A stretch of 64,000 nucleotides of DNA, taken from the NCBI GenBank assembly GCA_027487945.1, contig JAIYCQ010000037.1:3347-67346 (forward strand), written 5' to 3'. Positions 19,492 to 28,201 of the stretch are shown here, in pieces (within the stretch, counting starts at the first letter, position 1; every line of letters begins with the position of its first letter). The position numbers were made by a program, and so were the translations under genes. The notes beneath the pieces are model-generated. The model worked only from the letters and a program-made list of their open reading frames with translations, searched no databases and had not been told where the DNA came from. This stretch comes from Caulobacteraceae bacterium (GTDB lineage Bacteria > Pseudomonadota > Alphaproteobacteria > Caulobacterales > Caulobacteraceae).

Positions 19492-19607
19492 CCGTCATCC
19501 TCGCCCTTGTGGCGAGGACCCCTGCTGAAGCTCGCAGGTGCGGATGTGATCACGCTCTCACGGTGAAGCTGATCGAGGGGTCCTGGGCACAAGGCCCAGG
19601 ATGACGG
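19492..19607. repeat. Nested palindromic REP/MITE-like element (31-nt terminal inverted arms, each itself a hairpin)
   Basis: Left arm CCGTCATCCTCGCCCTTGTGGCGAGGACCCC; right arm GGGGTCCTGGGCACAAGGCCCAGGATGACGG. A partial third copy, CCGTCATTCTGGCC, lies at 19627-19640. Confidence 0.7.
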
Positions 19608-19670
19608 GAAAGGAAAACTGACGCTCCCGTCATTCTGGCCAGCCGGCGATCAAGGTGAGATACTCCTCCC

Positions 19671-20630
19671 ATGGCCGTCGCAGCACGCGTGAAACCGAAG
19701 GACTTCTTCACGGACGAGGAGTGGACGCCGCTGGCCGCGCGCTCGTCCTGGTTCGGGCTGTGGCTGGTGGCGCATGCCTGGCTGACCATCGCCGCGGCCG
19801 CCGCGCTGTTCATCGTCTTCCCCAACCCGCTGACCTTCGTCTTCGCGGTCATGGTCATCGGGGCCCGGCAGCTGGGGCTGGCGATCCTGATGCATGAGGC
19901 GGCGCACGGCTGCGTGCATCCCAACATCAAGATCAACGACTTTGTCGGCCAGTGGCTGTGCGGCGCGCCGACCAACAGCGACCTGCTCCGCTACCGCGAC
20001 TACCACCTGCAGCACCACAAGTTCGCCCAGCAGGCCGAGGATCCGGACCTGTCGCTGTCGGCCCCGTTCCCGACCACTCGCGCCTCGCTGTGGCGCAAGG
20101 TGGTCCGCGACCTGACCGGCCAGACCTTCTACAAGCAGCGTATCCAGCCCAGCCTCGACGCCTTCAAGGCCGGCAAGGCCAAGGGCGTCCCGTTCGACAA
20201 GACGGCGGCCGGCGTGCTGAACTTCTGGAAGCCGTTCCTGATCGTCCACGTCCCGATCATCGTGGCCACGTCAGCTTTCGGCCTGTGGTGGGCCTGGCCG
20301 GTGCTGTGGCTGATCCCGATGGCGACCTGGTATCCGCTGGTCACCCGCCTGCGGAACATCGCCGAACACGCGCTCGTCGGCGAGAACCAGCCCGACCCGC
20401 TGCGCCACGCCCGTACGACGATCGCGGGCCCGCTCGAGCGCCTGCTGATCGCGCCCTACTACGTCAACTATCACGGCGAGCATCACATGTTCATGCATGT
20501 GCCCTGCTGGAACCTGCCCCGGGCGCACAGGCTGCTGCGCGAGAAGGGTGTGACCGAGCGGATGCTGGTGGCGAAGGGGTATCTGGGGGTGCTGAAGGCC
20601 GCGTCGAGCAAGGGGCTGGCCGCGGCCTGA
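19671..20630 (+). CDS. Fatty acid desaturase family membrane protein
   Basis: Three His boxes: HEAAHG, HLQHHKF and HGEHHMF. Confidence 0.85.
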   Translation: MAVAARVKPKDFFTDEEWTPLAARSSWFGLWLVAHAWLTIAAAAALFIVFPNPLTFVFAVMVIGARQLGLAILMHEAAHGCVHPNIKINDFVGQWLCGAPTNSDLLRYRDYHLQHHKFAQQAEDPDLSLSAPFPTTRASLWRKVVRDLTGQTFYKQRIQPSLDAFKAGKAKGVPFDKTAAGVLNFWKPFLIVHVPIIVATSAFGLWWAWPVLWLIPMATWYPLVTRLRNIAEHALVGENQPDPLRHARTTIAGPLERLLIAPYYVNYHGEHHMFMHVPCWNLPRAHRLLREKGVTERMLVAKGYLGVLKAASSKGLAAA

Positions 20631-20676
20631 CGGTTGGACGTGGACCGCGGTCGCCGATCTGGTCCACAAGCCGACC

Positions 20677-21357
20677 ATGATCACCGACCGCCGGGCCTTC
20701 ATCGTCGAGAACACCCGTCTGCAGGCGCCGCCGCATGCGCCCGAGCTGGTGCTGCACCTGGCCGACGAGATCACCCCGATCTGGCGGCTGACCGAGGAGG
20801 AGCTGGACCGCATCGGCCTGCCGCCGCCGTTCTGGGCCTTCGCCTGGGCCGGCGGACAGGCGCTGGCGCGGTACGTGCTCGACAACCCGGAAATCGTCGC
20901 CGGCAAGCGGGTCATCGACTTCGCCTCCGGCTCCGGCATCGTCGCCATCGCGGCGATGAGGGCCGGCGCCGCCTCGGCCCTGGCCGCCGACATCGATGTC
21001 TTCTGCGAGGCGGCGATCAGCCTCAACGCCGCCGCCAACGGGGTCACGCTGGACTTCACCGACGTGAACCTGCTGGACGCCCCGCCGCCGGCCTGGGCCG
21101 ACGTCATCCTGGCCGGGGACATCTGCTATGAGAACCCGCTGGCGACCCGGGTGCTGGCCTGGCTGTCCGCCGCCCGGGACGCCGGGGCGACGGTGCTGAT
21201 CGGCGATCCCGGCCGCACCTACTTCCCAAAGGACGGCCTGACGAAACTGGCCGAGTACCAGGTGCAGACCACGCGTGAACTGGAAGACCTGGAGGTCAAG
21301 AAGACCAGTGTCTGGGCCTTCCCCCCGGGGCCCGTTGACTCACCGCATCTGACGTGA
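20677..21357 (+). CDS. Class I SAM-dependent methyltransferase (small-domain/PrmA-like)
   Basis: SAM motif VIDFASGSGIVAIAA...AADID, followed by ILAGDICYE. Confidence 0.7.
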   Translation: MITDRRAFIVENTRLQAPPHAPELVLHLADEITPIWRLTEEELDRIGLPPPFWAFAWAGGQALARYVLDNPEIVAGKRVIDFASGSGIVAIAAMRAGAASALAADIDVFCEAAISLNAAANGVTLDFTDVNLLDAPPPAWADVILAGDICYENPLATRVLAWLSAARDAGATVLIGDPGRTYFPKDGLTKLAEYQVQTTRELEDLEVKKTSVWAFPPGPVDSPHLT

Positions 21358-21385
21358 ACAAAGTGGGAACAAATGGAGCGACGCG

Positions 21386-21718
21386 ATGCATGAGGACGGC
21401 AAGATCGACTATGTGGAGATGCCCGGCGGCGCGCTCCCGGAAACCAAGGCCTTCTATACGGCCGCCTTCGGCTGGAGCTTCGTCGACTACGGCCCGAGCT
21501 ACGCGGCCTTCAACGAGGGACTGGACGGCGGCTTCGACGCCGACGGCGCGCCGACCCCGCTGGTGATCCTCTACGCCCACGACCTCGAAGCCATGCAGGC
21601 GAAGGTCGAGGCGGCCGGCGGGGTGGTGGTCAAGCCGATCTTCGGGTTCCCCGGCGGTCGGCGCTTCCACTTCCGCGACCCGGCCGGGAATGAGCTGGGG
21701 GTGTGGAGCGAAACCTGA
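21386..21718 (+). CDS. VOC (glyoxalase/bleomycin-resistance fold) family protein
   Basis: 110-aa ORF with the C-terminal GGRRFHFRDPAGNELGVW motif. Confidence 0.75.
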   Translation: MHEDGKIDYVEMPGGALPETKAFYTAAFGWSFVDYGPSYAAFNEGLDGGFDADGAPTPLVILYAHDLEAMQAKVEAAGGVVVKPIFGFPGGRRFHFRDPAGNELGVWSET

Positions 21719-21722
21719 TTTC

Positions 21723-21760
21723 CCTCTTCCGCTTGGGAGAGGTGGCCCGGCGGAGCCGGG
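21723..21760 (+). terminator. Tandem short hairpins after the VOC gene (CCTCTTCC-GCTT-GGGAGAGG, then CCCGG-CGGAG-CCGGG)
   Basis: The stems are visible directly. There is no U-tract, and the first hairpin belongs to the GGGAGAGG palindrome family seen again at 40.3 and 44.1 kb. Confidence 0.35.
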
Positions 21761-21952
21761 TCGGAGAGGGACGCGCCGTGGCCGAAAGCCCAGGCGCAGC
21801 GCTTCCCTCTCAGTCATGGCTCCTCCGCCATGACAGCGCTCTCACGGGGAGAGCGTGACAGCGTGGGGGCGGCACGCTCGCACTCCTCTCTCGCCAGCCG
21901 CCGCCACCGGCCTATAGTCCCGCCCACAGTATTCGCCGGGAGCCCTCCGCCC

Positions 21953-23716
21953 ATGCGTCGCCGCACCTTCCTCGCCGCCCTGCCGGCCGCCGCGCTCGCC
22001 ACCTCGGCCCTGGCCCAGAGCCGCCCCGGCAATCCCAACCTCGACCGCCCCGACGTGAAGAGCGGCGACCGGGTCGACGGCGCCACCTTCGCCAGCCGCT
22101 CGGCCGCCTGGGGCGTGAACGGCGCGGCGGCGACGGCCCATCCGCTGGCGACCCTGACGGCGATCGAGATCCTGAAGAAGGGCGGCAGCGCGGTCGACGC
22201 GGCCATCGCCGCCAACGCCTGCCTCGGCCTGCACGAGCCCATCGCCTGCGGTATCGGCGGCGACTGTTTCGTGATGCTGTGGGACCCGAAGACGAAGACG
22301 GTCGTCGGCCTCAACGGATCGGGCCGTTCGCCGAAGGCGCTGTCCCTGGAGACCGTGCGGTCGCGGGCGAAAAACGGCCTGATCCCCAGCTTCGGCGCCA
22401 TCAGCGTCAGCGTCCCGGGCGCCGTTCAGGCCTGGTGGGACCTGCACCAGCGCTACGGCAAGCTGCCGTGGAAGGATCTGTTCGATCCGGCCATCGCCCA
22501 GGCCGAGGCGGGCGCGCCGGTCACCCAGAACGTCGCCTACTACCTGGCCAGCTCGGCCCGCCGGTACAACAACCCGGCCTCCGGCATCGAGGAGGTCGCC
22601 AACTTCAACGCCGTCTGGATGACCGAGGGCCGGGCCCCACGCGAGGGCGAGGTGTTCCGCAATCCGTTGCTGGCGAAGACCTATCGCCAGATCGCCGAGG
22701 GCGGCCGCGACGCCTTCTACGACGGCCCGGTCGCGGACGCGATCGAGGCCTATTTCAAGCGCATCGGCGGCTGGATGACCCGCGCCGACCTCAAGGCGCA
22801 TCGCAGCGAATGGACCACCCCGCTGGTCAGCGGCTATCGCGGCGTCGACGTCTACGGCCTGGCGCCCAACAGCCAGGGCCTGTCGACGCTGCAGCTGCTC
22901 AACATCCTGGAGCAGTTCGACGTCAAGGCGATGGGCTTCCAGTCGGCGGCAGCGATCCACCACGCGGTCGAGGCCAAGCGTCTGGCCTACGAGGACCGCG
23001 GCCGCTACTTCGCCGACCCGGATTTCGCGAAGATCCCGCTGGAGTGGCTGAACTCCAAGGACTACGCCGCCCAGCGGGCGAAGCTGATCAGGCCCGACGC
23101 CATCCTGAACCCCGTCCACCCCGGTCAGGCGCCGTCGAAGGGCGACACCACCTATTTCTGCACGTCCGACAGCGACGGGATGATGGTCTCGATCATCCAG
23201 TCCAACTATCGCGGCATGGGCAGCGGCCTGTCGCCGGACGGGACCGGCTTCATGCTTCAGAACCGGGGCGAGCTGTTCGCCCTGACCGACGGCCACCCCA
23301 ACCTCTATGCGCCGGGCAAGCGGCCGTTCCAGACCATCATCCCCGGCTTCGCGACCCGGGGCGGCGAGCCCTGGCTGGCGTTCGGCGTGATGGGCGGCGA
23401 CATGCAGCCCCAGGGCCAGGCCCAGATCATCAGCAACATGGTCGACCACGGCCTCGACCTGCAGGCGGCGGGCGACAGCCCGCGCTGGCACCACGAGGGC
23501 GGCATGGAGCCGACCGGCCAGCAGCTCGGCCATCCGGGTCAGCTGCACCTGGAAAGCGGCGTGCCCGAGGCGACCCGCAAGGCGCTGGCCGCCCTCGGCT
23601 GGCCGCTCGGCCCCAACCCGGGCGGCTACGGCGGCTACCAGGCCATCGAGCGCTGGCCCGGTCGCTACGCGGCCGCGACCGAGATGCGCAAGGACGGCGT
23701 GGCGCTGGGGTACTGA
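21953..23716 (+). CDS. ggt: Gamma-glutamyltransferase, exported
   Basis: Tat-like leader MRRRTFLAALPAAALATSALA and GGT family sequence including the autoprocessing region KGDTTYFCTSD. The start was moved to 21953. Confidence 0.9.
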   Translation: MRRRTFLAALPAAALATSALAQSRPGNPNLDRPDVKSGDRVDGATFASRSAAWGVNGAAATAHPLATLTAIEILKKGGSAVDAAIAANACLGLHEPIACGIGGDCFVMLWDPKTKTVVGLNGSGRSPKALSLETVRSRAKNGLIPSFGAISVSVPGAVQAWWDLHQRYGKLPWKDLFDPAIAQAEAGAPVTQNVAYYLASSARRYNNPASGIEEVANFNAVWMTEGRAPREGEVFRNPLLAKTYRQIAEGGRDAFYDGPVADAIEAYFKRIGGWMTRADLKAHRSEWTTPLVSGYRGVDVYGLAPNSQGLSTLQLLNILEQFDVKAMGFQSAAAIHHAVEAKRLAYEDRGRYFADPDFAKIPLEWLNSKDYAAQRAKLIRPDAILNPVHPGQAPSKGDTTYFCTSDSDGMMVSIIQSNYRGMGSGLSPDGTGFMLQNRGELFALTDGHPNLYAPGKRPFQTIIPGFATRGGEPWLAFGVMGGDMQPQGQAQIISNMVDHGLDLQAAGDSPRWHHEGGMEPTGQQLGHPGQLHLESGVPEATRKALAALGWPLGPNPGGYGGYQAIERWPGRYAAATEMRKDGVALGY

Positions 23717-23717
23717 C

Positions 23718-24059
23718 GTGACCCGCGAGGAGTTCGCCGCCATCGTCCTGTCCTTCCCGGGCGCGGAGGAGGGGACCAGCTACGGGATGCCCGCGTTCAA
23801 GGTGCGCGGGAAATTCTTCACCCGTGTCCGGCCCGAAGACGACAGCGCGGTGCTGCAGTGCGTGCCGGTCGACGAGCGCGACCTGCTGATCGAGGCCGAG
23901 CCGGCGACGTTCCACTTCACCGACCACTATCGGGGCTATCCTATCGTCCTCGCCCGGCTGACGACGCTCGATCCCGCCCAGGCGCGCGGCTTCCTCGAAC
24001 GGCAGTGGCGCAAACTCGCGACGCGAGCCATGGTCCGTTTGAGAGACGCCGCCGGCTGA
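23718..24059 (+). CDS. MmcQ/YjbR family protein
   Basis: 113-aa ORF with a GTG start. Its N-terminus, FPGAEEGTSYGMPAFKVRGKFF, is typical of the YjbR family. Confidence 0.7.
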   Translation: MTREEFAAIVLSFPGAEEGTSYGMPAFKVRGKFFTRVRPEDDSAVLQCVPVDERDLLIEAEPATFHFTDHYRGYPIVLARLTTLDPAQARGFLERQWRKLATRAMVRLRDAAG

Positions 24060-24082
24060 GGCGGCGGGACGCCGGGGGGCGC

Positions 24083-24712
24083 ATGACACTGTACCGACGG
24101 ATTTTCGCCGTGCTCGCCTGGATCACCCTGGGCGTCCAGTACGGCCTTTTCCTCAAGGCCCTGACGGTCGCGGCGATCCTTGAGCGGACGGTCGAGTACG
24201 TCAGCTACTTCACCATCGTGACCAACTTCCTGATCGCGTTCGCCTTCACCGTCCCGGTTCTGGCGCCCGGGTCGCGGGCGGGGCGTTGGTGGGCCGCGGC
24301 CAGTCCTCGCGGGGCGACCACGGTGTTCGCCCTGGTGGTCATGGTCATCTACCACCTCCTCCTCCGGTCGCTCTGGGAGCCGAAGGGGCTGCAGCTGGCC
24401 AACGACTACATGCTCCACTACGTGATGCCGATCGCCATGCTGGTCGACTGGCTGGCCTTCACGCCGCGTGGCGGGCTGCGCTGGCGGGACGCGGCGATCT
24501 GGCTGGCGGTCCCCACCCTGTACGGTGTCTGGACTCTGATCCACGGGGCAGTGAGCGGCTTCTACCCCTATCCGTTCATGGACGTCGGCGCTCTGGGTTA
24601 TCCCGGCGTGCTGCTCAACATGGTCGGCCTGGTGCTCGGCTTCTTCCTGCCGGGCCTTGCGCTGGTGGCGCTCGACGGACGTCTGGCGCGAAAACAGCCG
24701 CGCACGGCGTGA
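24083..24712 (+). CDS. Pr6Pr-family integral membrane protein
   Basis: Polytopic ORF of about 209 aa starting MTLYRRIFAVLAWITLGVQYGL. The start was moved inward from ORF 23858, which overlaps the yjbR-like gene. Confidence 0.55.
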   Translation: MTLYRRIFAVLAWITLGVQYGLFLKALTVAAILERTVEYVSYFTIVTNFLIAFAFTVPVLAPGSRAGRWWAAASPRGATTVFALVVMVIYHLLLRSLWEPKGLQLANDYMLHYVMPIAMLVDWLAFTPRGGLRWRDAAIWLAVPTLYGVWTLIHGAVSGFYPYPFMDVGALGYPGVLLNMVGLVLGFFLPGLALVALDGRLARKQPRTA

Positions 24713-24763
24713 CAGGACCGGGTCCCCGCCCTAGCTTCCGCCCCGCGTAACAGGAGCATCACC

Positions 24764-26293
24764 TTGGCCTACCGGTCGCTGCGGGACTTCATCACCAAAC
24801 TGGAAGCGGACGGCGAGCTGGTGCGGGTGACCGAGCCGGTCTCCACCGTGCTGGAGATGACCGAGATCTGCACCCGGCTGCTGGCCACGGGCGGCCCGGC
24901 GGTGCTGTTCGAAAAGCCGGTCATGCCGGACGGCACGATCTCGCCGATGCCGTGCCTCGCCAATCTTTTCGGCACCGTGAAGCGGGTGGCGCTGGGCGTC
25001 ACCCTCGGAGGCGAGCCCCGCACCACGGCGGGCGAACTGCGCGAGGTCGGCGAGCTGCTGGCCTTCCTGCGCCAGCCCGAGCCGCCGCGCGGCATCAAGG
25101 ACGCCATGGAGCTGCTGCCGCTGGCGCAGACGGTGATGTCCATGCGGCCGAAGACCGTAAAGAAGGCGCCGGTGCAGGAGCTGGTGTTCAAGGGCGACCA
25201 GATCGACCTGACGAGGCTGCCGGTGCAGACCTGCTGGCCGGGCGAGCCGGCGCCGCTGATCACCTGGCCGCTGATCGTCACCAGGGGGCCGTCGGACTCG
25301 AAGGAAGACGACTTCAACCTCGGCATCTACCGTATGCAGGTGCTGGGCAAGGACCGGGCGATCATGCGCTGGCTGGCCCACCGCGGCGGGGCCCAGCACT
25401 ACGGCCGCCACAAGAAGGCCGGGCGCCGCGACCCGCTGCCCGCCTGCGCGGTGATCGGCGCCGATCCGGGCGTCATCCTGGCCGCCGTGACCCCGGTGCC
25501 CGACACCCTGTCGGAGTACCAGTTCGCCGGCCTGCTGCGCGGGTCCAAGGTCGACCTGGTTCCGGCCAAGACGGTGCCGCTGATGGTTCCGGCCCAGGCC
25601 GAGATCGTCATCGAGGGCCATGTCCTGCTCGACGAGTACGAGGACGAGGGCCCCTACGGCGACCACACCGGCTACTACAACAGCGTCGAGAAGTTCCCGG
25701 TGTTCAAGGTCAGCGCCATCACCATGCGCAAGGACGCCCTCTACCACACCACCTTCACCGGCCGTCCGCCCGACGAGCCGTCGGTGCTGGGCGAGGCGCT
25801 GAACGAGGTCTTCATCCCGCTGTTCCAGCAGCAGTTTCCGGAGGTCGTCGACTTCTGGCTGCCGCCCGAGGGCTGCAGCTACCGCATCGCCGTGGTGTCG
25901 ATGAAGAAGGCCTACCCCGGCCATGCCAAGCGCGTGATGCTCGGCGTCTGGAGCTACCTGCGCCAGTTCATGTACACCAAGTGGGTGATCATCGTGGACG
26001 ACGACATCAACGCCCGCGACTGGAAGGACGTCATGTGGGCGCTCAGCACCCGCATGGACCCGGCCCGCGACATCACGGTGATCGAGAACACCCCGATCGA
26101 CTACCTCGACTTCGCCAGCCCCGAGAGCGGCCTCGGCAGTAAGATCGGCCTGGACGCCACCAACAAGCTGCCCCCCGAAACCCATCGCGAGTGGGGCGAG
26201 CAGATCCGCATGGACCAGGAGGTGGTCGACCGGGTCAGCGATATGTGGGGCCGGCTGGGATTGCCCGGAGACGGAAACCCGATCTGGAAGTAG
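24764..26293 (+). CDS. ubiD: UbiD-family decarboxylase (4-hydroxy-3-polyprenylbenzoate decarboxylase)
   Basis: 509-aa ORF with a TTG start. It has the N-terminal [20 protein letters not shown] and the central GDHTGYYN region typical of UbiD. Confidence 0.88.
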   Translation: MAYRSLRDFITKLEADGELVRVTEPVSTVLEMTEICTRLLATGGPAVLFEKPVMPDGTISPMPCLANLFGTVKRVALGVTLGGEPRTTAGELREVGELLAFLRQPEPPRGIKDAMELLPLAQTVMSMRPKTVKKAPVQELVFKGDQIDLTRLPVQTCWPGEPAPLITWPLIVTRGPSDSKEDDFNLGIYRMQVLGKDRAIMRWLAHRGGAQHYGRHKKAGRRDPLPACAVIGADPGVILAAVTPVPDTLSEYQFAGLLRGSKVDLVPAKTVPLMVPAQAEIVIEGHVLLDEYEDEGPYGDHTGYYNSVEKFPVFKVSAITMRKDALYHTTFTGRPPDEPSVLGEALNEVFIPLFQQQFPEVVDFWLPPEGCSYRIAVVSMKKAYPGHAKRVMLGVWSYLRQFMYTKWVIIVDDDINARDWKDVMWALSTRMDPARDITVIENTPIDYLDFASPESGLGSKIGLDATNKLPPETHREWGEQIRMDQEVVDRVSDMWGRLGLPGDGNPIWK

Positions 26294-26295
26294 CC

Positions 26296-28128
26296 ATGCG
26301 CACGCCCTTCGCGGTCGCGGTCGTCGCGGCCCTTCTCCTGTCGAGCCCCGCCATGTCGCAGTCGTCCTCCATCCCCAACGCCAGGCCCTGGGACCAGCCG
26401 TTCCTGCCGCCGGCTCCCGCCTGGGACGGCAAGAGCAGGGCCCTGCTGCGACCGGCGACCGACCCGTGGGCCAGCGCCTTCGAGCAGGACCCGACGCACG
26501 ACTTCAGCCCCGACTACGCCGACACCCGCGTCTGGTTCGACAAGCTGGACGCCGCCAGCGACCTGATCCGCATCGAGCAATTCGGCGTCTCGCCGGAGGG
26601 GCGGCCGATCTATGCGGTGATCGCCAGCAAGGATGGGGCGGCCTTCGATCTGAAGAAGCCGGTGCTGCTGGTCCAGGCCGGCATCCACCCGGGCGAGATC
26701 GACGGCAAGGACGCCGGCATGATGCTGCTGCGCGACATCGCCTTCTACGGAAAAGACGGCCTGCTCGACGGCGTGAACCTGATCCTGATCCCGATCCTGT
26801 CGGTCGATGGCCATGAGCGCTCGGGGCCCTATTCGCGGCCCAACCAGCGCGGGCCGCGCATCCAGGGCTGGCGCAACACGGCGACCAACCAGAACCTCAA
26901 CCGCGACTATCTGAAGCTGGACCAGCCCGAGATGCGGGCGGTGCGGGGGCTGGTGCTGAAGTACCGGCCGGACCTCTATGTCGACGTCCATGTCACCGAT
27001 GGCATCGACTACCAGTACGATGTCACGTTCGGCTACAATGGCGAGAACGGCGGCTGGTCCCGTTCGCCGTCGGCCGCGCGCTGGCTGGACGACGCGTTCA
27101 AGCCGGCGATCTATGAGGCGCTCGAGGCCCAGGGCCACATCCCGGGCGAACTGGTCTTCGCGCTCGACGACCGCGACCCGAAGAAGGGCCTGAGCGACGG
27201 CGGGCTGGGCGAGCGGTTCTCCAACGGCTGGGGCTCGGCGGCCCACGTCCCGACCATCCTGATCGAGAACCACAGCTTGAAACCCCATGAGCAGCGGGTG
27301 CTGGGGACCTATGTCTTCGTCGAGGCGGCTATGCGCCTGCTGGCCGCCAAGGGGGCGGGGCTGCGGGCGGCGACCGAGCGCGACCGCGCCCTTCGCCCGG
27401 CGAAGATCCTGGCCAACTTCATGGCCGACGAACGGCCGTCCTCGACCCGCCCCTTCAAGGGTATCCTGTTCGAGCGCTACCCCAGCGCCGCCTCGGGCGT
27501 CGACGAAATCCGCTGGCTGGGCAGACCCGATCCCGCGCTCTGGCAGATGCCCTTCCATGGCAGCCGTCCGACCCTGAGCCTGGCCCGACCGAAGGCCTAC
27601 TGGGTCCCCTCATATCGCACCGACCTGATCGAACGCCTGCGAATCCACGGGGTGGAGATGGAGACCTTGGCGGCGCCCCGGACCGTGGCCGTCGACTTGC
27701 TTCGCCTGAAGGATCCGAGGATCTCGCCGCGCCCCAACGAGGGGCATGTGCCGATCACGGTGACGGATGTCGCGATTGAACGCCGCGACTGGGTCTGGCC
27801 GGCCGGCTCGGTGCGGATCAGCACCGACCAGCCGCTGGGAGACATCGTTGTGCTCCTCCTGGAGCCGCAGTCTTCGGAGAGCTTTTTCGCCTGGGGCATG
27901 ATCCCTGAAGTGCTGAACCGGGTGGAGTACATCGAGGGCTACGCCGTCGCGCCGCTGGCCGACCGGATGCTGGCCGCCGACCCGGCGCTTAAGGCGGCGT
28001 TCGAGGCGAAGCTGGCTGCTGATCCCGCCTTCGCCGCGGACCCGGACGCCCGGCTCGGCTGGTTCTACGAGCGCACCCCCTTCTGGGACGATCGCTATCG
28101 CCTCTACCCGATCGGTCGGGAGACCTGA
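26296..28128 (+). CDS. M14-family zinc carboxypeptidase-like protein, exported
   Basis: Leader MRTPFAVAVVAALLLSSPAMS and an HPGEIDGKDA (HxxE) zinc-ligand motif. The start is 2 nt after the ubiD stop. Confidence 0.75.
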   Translation: MRTPFAVAVVAALLLSSPAMSQSSSIPNARPWDQPFLPPAPAWDGKSRALLRPATDPWASAFEQDPTHDFSPDYADTRVWFDKLDAASDLIRIEQFGVSPEGRPIYAVIASKDGAAFDLKKPVLLVQAGIHPGEIDGKDAGMMLLRDIAFYGKDGLLDGVNLILIPILSVDGHERSGPYSRPNQRGPRIQGWRNTATNQNLNRDYLKLDQPEMRAVRGLVLKYRPDLYVDVHVTDGIDYQYDVTFGYNGENGGWSRSPSAARWLDDAFKPAIYEALEAQGHIPGELVFALDDRDPKKGLSDGGLGERFSNGWGSAAHVPTILIENHSLKPHEQRVLGTYVFVEAAMRLLAAKGAGLRAATERDRALRPAKILANFMADERPSSTRPFKGILFERYPSAASGVDEIRWLGRPDPALWQMPFHGSRPTLSLARPKAYWVPSYRTDLIERLRIHGVEMETLAAPRTVAVDLLRLKDPRISPRPNEGHVPITVTDVAIERRDWVWPAGSVRISTDQPLGDIVVLLLEPQSSESFFAWGMIPEVLNRVEYIEGYAVAPLADRMLAADPALKAAFEAKLAADPAFAADPDARLGWFYERTPFWDDRYRLYPIGRET

Positions 28129-28164
28129 CTTCTCCATCTCAAGACAGCGTTAAGCATGTCGTGC

Positions 28165-28186
28165 GAATCCATGGTCAAATGGATTC
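28165..28186 (+). promoter_or_regulatory. Inverted repeat GAATCCAT-N6-ATGGATTC in the MCP leader, carrying two GANTC sites
   Basis: Perfect 8-bp arms ending 16 nt upstream of the MCP ATG, immediately before the RBS AAGGGGA. Confidence 0.4.
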
Positions 28187-28201
28187 CCAAGGGGAAACGA
28201 G

